Below are positions 33,813-42,165 of a stretch of DNA of 42,165 nt, piece by piece (within the stretch, counting starts at the first letter, position 1; every line of letters starts with the position of its first letter). The stretch comes from Planctomycetota bacterium. Its GTDB lineage: Bacteria > Planctomycetota > Planctomycetia > JALXBF01. Position numbers and translations under genes: made by a program. Under the pieces are notes generated by a model. That model had not been told where the DNA came from, did not search any database, and saw only the letters and a program-made list of their open reading frames with translations. The stretch spans positions 1 to 42,165 of the forward strand of contig JALXBF010000151.1 of NCBI GenBank assembly GCA_026991575.1. Direction: 5' to 3'.

Positions 33813-36296
33813 ATGCCGTGGGCAAAGCGACTTGTGTCATCCTCAGCCATCTGGATCATCCTCGTTCTGGTTGCCCTCTATAGCGGCTACAAGTTGGGCA
33901 GCGGCAGGCAAGCTACGTCACCGGAGCCATCGGCAACCCCTGCTGCGGCGACGAAAAAAGAGGGGGCCGAAGGGCAGGGCAGCCAGATCTGGTCGTGCTC
34001 GATGCATCCCAATGTGCAGCTGCCGGGTCCGGGCAAGTGTCCCATCTGCGGCATGGACCTGATCCCGGTTACAACCGAAGCCCATCCATGGCGGATCACG
34101 TTTTCGGTGGAGCAGGCTGCTCTTGCCGGCATCGAGGTCAGCCCTGCGGTGCGTATGCCCGTTTACCACACGGTGTTTATGACTGGCAAGATTGTGCCTG
34201 ACGAGCGCAAGATCGCCTACGTGACCGCCTGGATTCCAGGTCGACTGGACCGACTGTACGTTGACTTCACTGGTACGCAGGTTCGAAAGGGCGATCACCT
34301 GGTTTACATCTACAGCCCGGAGTTGGTCCAGGCACAGCAGCAGTATCTCTCGGCGCTGCGGTCGCTGCGGGCGAACATTCCCGGGGCACGGGAGACGTAC
34401 GAAGCGGTGCGCGATCAGCTGTTGCTGCTCGGCTTGACAGAGCAACAGATCGAAGAACTTGAGAAAACCGGCAAGCCGAGTGACCATGTGACGATCTATT
34501 CGCCGATTGGTGGCGTCGTGCTTGAGAAACTGGCCAATGAAGGCGAGTACGTACAGGAAGGCTCCAAGATCTACACGATTGCCGATCTGTCGACCGTATG
34601 GGTCATCTTGGACGCCTACGAGAGCGACCTACCGTGGGTACACCTGTGGCAGACGGTTGAGTTCACCACGGAGGCTTTTCCGGGGGAGGTTTTTGAAGGG
34701 CAAGTGGCATTTGTTGACCCGGTGCTGACCGAGCGGACGCGCACCGTACGGGTTCGGTTGAACGTGCCCAATGAGTCGGGGCGCCTGCGGCCGGGGATGT
34801 TCGTGCGTGCGTTGCTGAAGGTTCGGTTGGACAAGCGTGGCTGGGCCGTTCGCCCTGACCTGTCCGGCAAGTGGATGTGTCCGATGCATCCGGAGGTGGT
34901 CGAGGCGAAGCCAGGGCGGTGCTCGATCTGTGACATGGAGCTGGTGCGTGCCGAGGAACTCGGCTACCGACGGCCCAAGGAAATCGAGGATCCGTTGGTC
35001 ATCCCCGCCTCGGCCGTGCTCTGGACCGGTCGCCGTGCTGTGGTCTACGTGCAGGTGGCCAGCAAACCGAGTCCGGTGTTCGAGGGCCGTGAGGTCATCC
35101 TGGGACCGCAGGCCGGGGACTATTGGGTTGTGCTCTACGGGCTGAAAGAAGGGGATCTCGTGGTGACCGAGGGGAACTTCAAGATCGACGCGAGCCTGCA
35201 AATCAAGGCAAAGCGGAGCATGATGACTCCTGAGGGAGGGACGGCACCAGCGGGTCACGCACACGGCCACGGTGGCGGTGAGCAGGCCGGCAGCAGCACC
35301 GCACCGGCCGGCGAGCACCCGTCGATCGAGCCGGCCCAGGTACCTGACCGGTTTCGCCTGGCTCTGACGCCACTGTACCAGCAGTACCTGCAGGCAGCTC
35401 GTGCGCTGGCCGACGATCGGCTCGGTGCCGCCTTCAGTGCGCTGCGCAATCTGGAACGGGCCATGCAGCGCCTGCCGCTGGCGGAGATGCCTGAACAGGT
35501 ACGTGACGCGTGGGGGCCGATCCAGGATAAGCTTTACCCCGCTCTGGTCGAAGCCCTGGACGCCAAGACCCTGAACCATGTCCGCGTGCCGTTCCGGCAG
35601 ATCAGCGCGGCCATGGTGCAGGTGGTCAAGTCCTTCGGCCACGCTCTTTCGAGCAAGCTGTACCAGTTCCACTGCCCCATGGTCGAGGGCGGCGGCGCAG
35701 TGTGGCTTCAAACAGACCGAGAGGTGCGCAACCCGTACTTCGGCGCACGCATGCTCCGTTGCGGCGAACTGCGTGCCACGTACGAACCGATCGTGCCGCT
35801 GATCGTCTCCGACGAGTTCCGCCAGCAGCTTTCGACCGTGTATACCACATACCTGAAACTGACCGACGCCATGCGGGCTGAGGACCTGAAGACGGCCCAA
35901 CGTCTTGCGCAACAGCTTGCAACTGCGGTCCGCCAGATCGATGCGCAGGCGCTGAACGAACCGGCGGCCATGCGCTGGAGCGTGGTTGTGCAGAAGGTTG
36001 TCGACGCTGCACAAGAAGGCAGCAAAGCCAAGGACATCCGCTCGTTTCGCAGCGCCTTCCGCGAAATCTCGGCAGCCATGGTCGAGCTGGCAACACGCTT
36101 CGGACACGCCCTGGATCAGCCGCTCTACGTCGACCATTGCCCGATGGTCTTCCGGGGCAAAGGGGCTTTCTGGCTGCAAACCGAACGAAAGATCTTCAAC
36201 CCGTATGCCCCCAAGACCATGGACACCTGTGGCACGATCACGCAGGTTGTCCCGCCAACACGTACTGGTAGGCAACCGGACAACGGCCAGAAGTAG
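33813..36296 (+). CDS. cusB: CusB-type heavy-metal RND periplasmic adaptor with two heavy-metal-binding domains and tandem DUF3347-like modules
   Basis: CSMHP...CPICGMDL and CPMHP...CSICDMEL; YSPELVQAQQ, RTRTVRVR, LRPGMF; GHAHGH linker; two HCPM...WLQ...NPY...CG modules. Confidence 0.9.
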   Translation: MPWAKRLVSSSAIWIILVLVALYSGYKLGSGRQATSPEPSATPAAATKKEGAEGQGSQIWSCSMHPNVQLPGPGKCPICGMDLIPVTTEAHPWRITFSVEQAALAGIEVSPAVRMPVYHTVFMTGKIVPDERKIAYVTAWIPGRLDRLYVDFTGTQVRKGDHLVYIYSPELVQAQQQYLSALRSLRANIPGARETYEAVRDQLLLLGLTEQQIEELEKTGKPSDHVTIYSPIGGVVLEKLANEGEYVQEGSKIYTIADLSTVWVILDAYESDLPWVHLWQTVEFTTEAFPGEVFEGQVAFVDPVLTERTRTVRVRLNVPNESGRLRPGMFVRALLKVRLDKRGWAVRPDLSGKWMCPMHPEVVEAKPGRCSICDMELVRAEELGYRRPKEIEDPLVIPASAVLWTGRRAVVYVQVASKPSPVFEGREVILGPQAGDYWVVLYGLKEGDLVVTEGNFKIDASLQIKAKRSMMTPEGGTAPAGHAHGHGGGEQAGSSTAPAGEHPSIEPAQVPDRFRLALTPLYQQYLQAARALADDRLGAAFSALRNLERAMQRLPLAEMPEQVRDAWGPIQDKLYPALVEALDAKTLNHVRVPFRQISAAMVQVVKSFGHALSSKLYQFHCPMVEGGGAVWLQTDREVRNPYFGARMLRCGELRATYEPIVPLIVSDEFRQQLSTVYTTYLKLTDAMRAEDLKTAQRLAQQLATAVRQIDAQALNEPAAMRWSVVVQKVVDAAQEGSKAKDIRSFRSAFREISAAMVELATRFGHALDQPLYVDHCPMVFRGKGAFWLQTERKIFNPYAPKTMDTCGTITQVVPPTRTGRQPDNGQK

Positions 36297-36349
36297 CGCC
36301 CAGCGATCACGACCGCAGACGACCTTATGCAACCGATCGGACAAGAGCC

Positions 36350-39300
36350 ATGGACCGCGACGCCGGCTTCCTTGCCAAGCTCATACGTGCTTGCCTTGAA
36401 AACAAACTGATTGTCTGGATCCTTGTGCTGGTTTTCCTGGGCTGGGGCATCATCGTCAGTCCATTCGACTGGCAGATCGAGTGGCTGCCGCGCTACCCCG
36501 TCCCCGTAGATGCAATCCCGGACATCGGAGAGAACCAGCAGATCGTGTTCACCGAGTGGCCCGGGCGGTCGCCTCAAGACGTCGAGGACCAGGTAACGTA
36601 CCCCCTCACCGTCTCATTGCTTGGCGTCCCGGGGGTGAAGACAATCCGCAGCCTGTCGATGTTCGGGTATTCGTTCATTTACATCATCTTCGACGAGGAC
36701 GTTGAGTTTTACTGGTCGCGTAGCCGGATTCTGGAGAAGCTGAACAGCCTGCCACCCGGCACGTTGCCAGAAGACGCCCAGCCAGCCCTGGGACCGGACG
36801 CCACCGGGTTGGGTCAGGTCTACTGGTACACGCTGGAGGGGCGTGATCCGGATGGCCGGCCGGTTGGCGGCTGGGATCTCGATGAACTGCGCACCATCCA
36901 GGACTGGTACGTCCGCTACGCGCTGATGTCAGCCGAAGGGGTCTCCGAGGTCGCTTCTGTGGGCGGATTTGTCCGCGAGTACCAGGTTGACGTGGACCCG
37001 GCCGCACTCTGGGGTCACGGAGTCACGATCAACGATGTCTTCGAGGCAGTCCGCCGCTCGAACATCGACGTCGGTGCGGCGAACATCGAGCTGAACAGCG
37101 TCGAGTATCTCGTGCGGAGCCTGGGATTCATTCGAAGGCTCGAGGATCTGAAGAACACCGTCGTACGCGTCGTCGATGGGGTACCGCTGTTGATCAAGGA
37201 CGTGGCGCACGTGACGTTGGGCCCGGCGCTCCGCCGCGGAGCATTGGACAAGGACGGGGCCGAGGCAGTTGGCGGATGCGTCGTCGTTCGCTATGGCTAT
37301 AACCCCCTTCAGGCCATCAACAACGTGAAGGAAAAGATCGCGGAGATTGCGCCGGGGCTCCCAGAAAAGGTCTGGATCGACTACAGCAAAGTTACCCGCG
37401 AGGAGGTGGAGAAGTTCGCCGCCGAGCATGGCTTCGTGGCTTATGTTGGCGGTAGGCTGAACCATGAAAGCTGGCTCGAATGGATGCGCCGCGTCGGTCG
37501 GGAAAACTGGCCAGAGTGGGCCACGATCAGCAAGGTCACGATCGTCCCGTTCTACGACCGGACCAAGCTGATCTACGAAACCCTCGGCACGCTCAACCGG
37601 GCCCTCGTGCAAGAGATTCTGGTCACCAGCATCGTGATCCTCGTAATGGTCGGCCATCTGCGCAGCTCAATCCTCATCAGCCTTACACTGCCGCTGGCCG
37701 TCCTGATGTGCTTCATATCGATGAAGATCTTCGGCGTCGACGCCAACATCGTGGCCTTGTCCGGTATTGCGATCGCCATCGGCACCATGGTCGACATGGG
37801 AATCGTGCTGTCGGAGAACATCCTCAACTACCTGGAGCGGCGCAAGGAAGGCGAATCGAGCCTGGACGCCGTGTACAAGGCCACCACCGAAGTGGCCAGC
37901 GCGGTGCTCACCGCGGTGGCCACAACCGTGATCAGCTTCCTGCCCGTCTTCACGATGATCGGCCCCGAAGGAAAGCTGTTTCGGCCACTGGCGTTTACCA
38001 AGACGTTTGCTCTCATCGCGTCCGTAATCGTCGCCGTGATGATCCTGCCGGCTGCCGCCCATATGCTGTTCCCCGTCACCGTGCGCGGCAAGCTGCGTCT
38101 GTTCCTGTACCTGCTCTTCGCAACGCTAGCCTTTCCTGCGTGGAAGTTCCTCGGCTGGTGGGCGGCAGCCATTGTGCTGGTAGTCGCGGCGGCACGTTGT
38201 GCCGAGCAGCTGGTGCCCGGCTTCGCCCGCAAGCTTGCCCCGATCGTGGCCAACGGTGCCGCCGTGCTCTTCGTCGCCGTGCTGCTGACCCAAGACTGGC
38301 TACCGCTTGGCCCTGAGCTGGGACTAGCGCGTAACCTGCTCTTTGTCATAGGCGTCCTCGGAGCGCTGCTGCTGTCGTTCACGGTCTTCCGGTTGTACCT
38401 GTACGAGCCGATGCTGCGGTGGGCACTGCGCCACAAGCTCATCTTCCTGAGCATCCCGACGGCAATCGCTCTGGCCGGTTTCTCCGTGTGGCTTGGCTTT
38501 GAGACCATGTTCGGCTTCATACCCAGGCTGCTGGCTGCGGCCGGAGGCAAAGCGGAGTGGATCACAGAGAATACCGTCTGGTCCACCCTGGCCCAGGCGT
38601 TCCCGGGACTGGGCCGCGAATTCATGCCATCGCTGGACGAAGGATCTTTCCTTTACATGCCCACCACCATGCCTCACGCTTCGATCGGCGAGGCGATGGA
38701 CGCGCTGCGGAAAGAAGACCTCGCCATCCGCTCCATTCCCGAAATCGAAACCGTGGTCGGGAAGATCGGTCGAGTCGAGAGTGCGCTCGATCCGGCACCA
38801 ATCGGCATGGTTGAAACGATCATCCAGTATCGCCCCGAGTACATCGTGGACAAGAACGGCCGGCTGAAGCTATTCAAGTACGATGAGGAAAAGGGGGAGT
38901 TCGTCCGGGACGAGAACGGCCAGCTCATCGAAGACCCCAACGGACGTCCCTATCGGCAATGGCGGCCGCATATCAAGTCCCCCCAGGACATCTGGCAGGA
39001 AATTGTCAAGGTAGCAGAAATCCCCGGCTCGACCTCAGCCCCCCCGCTCCAGCCCATTGAAACCCGACTCGTCATGCTCCAGACCGGCATGCGAGCAGCC
39101 ATGGGCGTGAAGGTACTCGGACCAGATCTGGAATCGATCGAAAAAGCTGGCATCGCCATCGAACGGTTCTTGAAAGAGGTTCCGTCCGTTGAGCCAGCCA
39201 CGGTCGTGGCCGACCGCGTGATTGGCAAGCCGTACATCGAAATCAAATTGGACCGCGGCGCTATCGCCCGTTACGGGCTCACGGTCGAAGAGGTCCAACG

Positions 39301-40306
39301 CATCATTGAGGTCGCCATCGGAGGACGGCGCCTGACAATGACCGTCGAGGGACGGGAACGCTACCCGGTGCGGGTGCGCTATGTGCGTGAACTGCGCGAC
39401 AACCCGGAAGCACTAAAGAGGATCCTGGTCCCGACCAAAGAGGGCACCCAGGTGCCTCTGGGACTGCTGGCCGACATACAGTTCGTGCGCGGTCCGCAGG
39501 TCATCAAGAGCGAAGACACCTTCCTGGTTAGCTACGTCACGTTCGGCAAGAAGCCGGGCTACGCTGAGGTGGACGTCATCGAGGAATGTCGCCGCTATCT
39601 GGAGCAGAAGCGCGCGAGCGGCGAGTTCGTGCTTCCACCCGGTGTCTCATACCGGTTCGCCGGCACGTACGAGAACCAGATTCGCGCCCAGAAGACACTG
39701 GCCGTCGTGCTGCCCCTGGCACTGCTGCTCATCTTCCTGATCCTCTACCTCCAATTCCGCTCCGTCATCACCAGCTCACTCGTGTTCAGCGGAATCATCG
39801 TCGCCTGGTCTGGCGGGTTCCTGATGATCTGGCTCTACGGTCAGGAGTGGTTCATGGATTTCGAACTTTGGGGCAAGAACTTCCGTGAGCTGTTCCAGGT
39901 CCATCCGATCAACCTGAGCGTGGCCATCTGGGTGGGCTTCCTGGCCCTGTTCGGAATAGCCACCGATGACGGCGTCGTGATCGCAACGTATCTCGACCAG
40001 AGTTTCGCCGAAGCCAAGATCGATACGGTCGAGGCGGCACGGGAAGCCACGGTGAAAGCCGGCCTACGCCGTGTTCGCCCCTGCTTGATGACGACAGCAA
40101 CCACGGTCCTTGCGCTTCTGCCCGTGTTGACCTCGACCGGCCGAGGCTCGGACATCATGGTGCCCATGGCGATTCCAAGCTTTGGCGGGATGGTGATCGA
40201 AGTAATGACGATGTTGGTGGTGCCGGTTCTCTACTGCGCGATCAAAGAGTTCAAGATCCGGCACGGCATCGCAGATCGTCTGTTTGCCGAAGGTGCCCGC
40301 CGGTAG
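36350..40306 (+). CDS. cusA: CusA/SilA-type heavy-metal efflux RND permease
   Basis: VDAIPDIGENQQIVFTEWPGRSP, LGPDATGLGQVYWY, GIAIAIGTMVD, EFMPSLDEGSFLYMP, RVRPCLMT, MAIPSFGGM. Confidence 0.95.
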   Translation: MDRDAGFLAKLIRACLENKLIVWILVLVFLGWGIIVSPFDWQIEWLPRYPVPVDAIPDIGENQQIVFTEWPGRSPQDVEDQVTYPLTVSLLGVPGVKTIRSLSMFGYSFIYIIFDEDVEFYWSRSRILEKLNSLPPGTLPEDAQPALGPDATGLGQVYWYTLEGRDPDGRPVGGWDLDELRTIQDWYVRYALMSAEGVSEVASVGGFVREYQVDVDPAALWGHGVTINDVFEAVRRSNIDVGAANIELNSVEYLVRSLGFIRRLEDLKNTVVRVVDGVPLLIKDVAHVTLGPALRRGALDKDGAEAVGGCVVVRYGYNPLQAINNVKEKIAEIAPGLPEKVWIDYSKVTREEVEKFAAEHGFVAYVGGRLNHESWLEWMRRVGRENWPEWATISKVTIVPFYDRTKLIYETLGTLNRALVQEILVTSIVILVMVGHLRSSILISLTLPLAVLMCFISMKIFGVDANIVALSGIAIAIGTMVDMGIVLSENILNYLERRKEGESSLDAVYKATTEVASAVLTAVATTVISFLPVFTMIGPEGKLFRPLAFTKTFALIASVIVAVMILPAAAHMLFPVTVRGKLRLFLYLLFATLAFPAWKFLGWWAAAIVLVVAAARCAEQLVPGFARKLAPIVANGAAVLFVAVLLTQDWLPLGPELGLARNLLFVIGVLGALLLSFTVFRLYLYEPMLRWALRHKLIFLSIPTAIALAGFSVWLGFETMFGFIPRLLAAAGGKAEWITENTVWSTLAQAFPGLGREFMPSLDEGSFLYMPTTMPHASIGEAMDALRKEDLAIRSIPEIETVVGKIGRVESALDPAPIGMVETIIQYRPEYIVDKNGRLKLFKYDEEKGEFVRDENGQLIEDPNGRPYRQWRPHIKSPQDIWQEIVKVAEIPGSTSAPPLQPIETRLVMLQTGMRAAMGVKVLGPDLESIEKAGIAIERFLKEVPSVEPATVVADRVIGKPYIEIKLDRGAIARYGLTVEEVQRIIEVAIGGRRLTMTVEGRERYPVRVRYVRELRDNPEALKRILVPTKEGTQVPLGLLADIQFVRGPQVIKSEDTFLVSYVTFGKKPGYAEVDVIEECRRYLEQKRASGEFVLPPGVSYRFAGTYENQIRAQKTLAVVLPLALLLIFLILYLQFRSVITSSLVFSGIIVAWSGGFLMIWLYGQEWFMDFELWGKNFRELFQVHPINLSVAIWVGFLALFGIATDDGVVIATYLDQSFAEAKIDTVEAAREATVKAGLRRVRPCLMTTATTVLALLPVLTSTGRGSDIMVPMAIPSFGGMVIEVMTMLVVPVLYCAIKEFKIRHGIADRLFAEGARR

Positions 40307-40459
40307 TCGGACGGTTGCGCAGGAATCGACTGGGTAGCGTCCCGAGCGGCACATTTGAGGTCGGGCGGCGCGGCTAGCGCGCTCCGGTCTGGTCGTCGCG
40401 ATCCCTTCCGCGTAAGCCATTTGCAACCGTGGCTCCGCTGTGCGTGCCCGCGGTCGGAC

Positions 40460-40487
40460 TTGCCGCTGAGCCGGGCCGTGCTATGTT
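40460..40487 (+). promoter_or_regulatory. Possible promoter TTGCCG-N16-TATGTT with extended -10 TG
   Basis: Seen 150 nt upstream of the chemoreceptor ATG; pattern match only. Confidence 0.3.
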
Positions 40488-40636
40488 GCAGTGGATGCCC
40501 GCATGAAGTGCTCGGACGTCTCACCTACCAGGACGTGCACCCCTGCACGGCCTTCCAACCGTTGAATAGGGTCCGTCATTCCGCCGTCACGAAGCATCAG
40601 GATTTGTTCCGCTTGGTCGAACAGCGAGGTGTCAGT

Positions 40637-42165
40637 ATGTCTACCGGACTCGAAGCTACTAGCTACGCTCCGGCCGCCTCAATGGCAGCTGGTGCTCAGC
40701 CCGGCGACACCATTAACGCTCATCGTGAACCGCCCTCTACCAGCGGACCGCCTGCCGGGCGTGGCGGGGAAGGTACACGGCGTGCCGAGGCCTACGGTGC
40801 CGTCAGATCTGGCTGGTCGTTGAGCACTAAGCTGTTGTTACTTCTCTGTCCACTGTGCCTCTGTGGCGCCGGCGTGCTCGCCCTGACACTCATCAGCCAT
40901 CGCTCCTCTGCGGAGGCGAGCGCTCGCATTGAGCTCGCCGCACGCCAGCAGACCTTATTGGAGCGGTTCCGGGGCGCTTGTTTGGCTCATGAGAACCTGC
41001 GGCAGATTCTGTCTTCGACCGAGGAGTTTTGCCGGGCCGTATCGACTTACGCCGCCGCCATGCGGAAGTATTACACCGAGCACACCGTGATGAAGCTGCG
41101 CAATGACGGGGTCGACATCCAGGCGATTCAGGACTATCGCACCACGAAACGCGCGATTCCGAACCCGGCAACGTTTCTACGTGAGGTAAACAAGCTCGCG
41201 GCAGCCAATTCGAGCACCGTGGTGGATCTTCTCAGCAAGTGGCCGGTGAACCCCGAGGCCGGTCTTACGAAGCCGGTGCTTCGCAAAGCGTGGGAGCGGC
41301 TCAGCGCAGACCCGAGCAAGCCCGTCCGGGACATCGTGAGAGAAGAGGACGGCTATCGGTACTACTACATCACCGCAGACGTCGCGACCAAGAAGGGCTG
41401 CGTGGACTGTCACAATTCGTTGCCCAACAGTCCACGCACGGACTGGAAGGTGGGCGACCTGATGGGGATCCTTGTCGTATCCGCTCCGATGCGGATCGAC
41501 GACGTCGAGGAGACCCGAGAGCTCCTGGAAGACCAGACGGCATGGAGCGCGGAAATGAGGAAGGCGGCCGAGCGGTTCGAGCAGATTCTTAACGCACTGC
41601 AGCATGGTGGCACGGTCGCACTGAGGGACGGCGCAAGCGATACGGTGCGGCTAGCGCCCGAGAAGGACGACGCGTTACAGGCTCAATGGGCTGAGATCCG
41701 GCGCGCGTGGGATGCCGTCAAGCAGGCAGCAAACCAGCTGATCCAAACGCCGATTACGGCCAAGGATTACAACCAAAAGCTCGCTGCGTTCGATCAGGCC
41801 GTTAACGCATGTCGTGAGCGTACGCTTACCGGAGTCGCGCTCACGAAGGCCGAGGCTGCGGGCATCACTGCCGGACTCACCAAGTGGCAGCTGGCAACCA
41901 CGTTCCTGGGCGCGATTGTCATCGTAGGGTTGATCGGCTACATGAGGCGTCGCGTCACGGCGCCGTTGCAGGCGGCAGCCATGTTCGCACGTGGTGTCGC
42001 GGACGGTGATCTTACCGGCGACCTGGAGGTCGGCAGTCGCGACGAAGTCGGACAATTGGCCGCGGCCTTGAGCAACATGGGCCATCAGCTTCGCTCGATC
42101 GTGGGACGCATCCACGAATTAGCCGACGAGGTCACCGCGTCGGTTGACCTGCTGGCCGGCACGGC
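40637..42165 (+). CDS. Methyl-accepting chemotaxis protein with c-heme DUF3365(Tll0287)-like sensor and HAMP domain; 3' truncated
   Basis: Absent from the ORF track (no stop in window); read manually from ATG 40637 (GAGGT RBS). TM1 LLLLLCPLCLCGAGVLAL; IPNPATF, SKWPVNP, GCVDCHN, WKVGDLMG; TM2; HAMP PLQAAAMFARGVADGDL...RDEVGQLAAALSNM; MCP-like helix begins. Confidence 0.88.
   Translation, partial: MSTGLEATSYAPAASMAAGAQPGDTINAHREPPSTSGPPAGRGGEGTRRAEAYGAVRSGWSLSTKLLLLLCPLCLCGAGVLALTLISHRSSAEASARIELAARQQTLLERFRGACLAHENLRQILSSTEEFCRAVSTYAAAMRKYYTEHTVMKLRNDGVDIQAIQDYRTTKRAIPNPATFLREVNKLAAANSSTVVDLLSKWPVNPEAGLTKPVLRKAWERLSADPSKPVRDIVREEDGYRYYYITADVATKKGCVDCHNSLPNSPRTDWKVGDLMGILVVSAPMRIDDVEETRELLEDQTAWSAEMRKAAERFEQILNALQHGGTVALRDGASDTVRLAPEKDDALQAQWAEIRRAWDAVKQAANQLIQTPITAKDYNQKLAAFDQAVNACRERTLTGVALTKAEAAGITAGLTKWQLATTFLGAIVIVGLIGYMRRRVTAPLQAAAMFARGVADGDLTGDLEVGSRDEVGQLAAALSNMGHQLRSIVGRIHELADEVTASVDLLAGT

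Noticed and set aside
1..42165. CRISPR array, tRNA, rRNA, prophage or defence genes
   Set aside because: No regularly spaced repeats, cloverleaf or rRNA-like sequence, or phage/defence motifs were recognised by eye; small ncRNAs cannot be excluded without cmscan.

Overview
GC-rich bacterial window, most likely Planctomycetota (inferred from Tat-exported Gfo/Idh/MocA enzymes, DUF1080 pair, sulfatase, DUF1573 and a planctomycete-type GT-C; no database search was possible). Layout: (1) 1-7563, an accessory-looking island: IS4-type transposase tail, a sigma70-like promoter with a (TC)6 tract in a 19-bp spacer, a four-gene operon (MauE/DoxX-thioredoxin fusion, DUF1573 lipoprotein, 12-Cys secreted protein, membrane-anchored exported protein with a PGF-CTERM-like tail) and a PMT/ArnT-like glycosyltransferase. 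This is the best candidate for an undescribed system. (2) 7956-16734, exported carbohydrate-type enzymes: Gfo/Idh/MocA, large GH-A-like protein, glyoxylate reductase, NPP, two DUF1080. (3) 16863-26142, housekeeping: yidC (with an EF-hand pair insert), mnmE, rnr, yhaM, metallophosphoesterase, tsaB. (4) 26201-32968, minus-strand apbE-doxX-Gfo/Idh/MocA-hemL-sulfatase run. (5) 33307-40306, Cys-rich leader ORF plus cusB/cusA-type heavy-metal RND efflux. (6) 40637-end, truncated chemoreceptor with a c-heme (CxxCH) DUF3365-like sensor. No rRNA, tRNA or CRISPR array was recognised. Several starts were moved from the ORF track to the codon with the best RBS.
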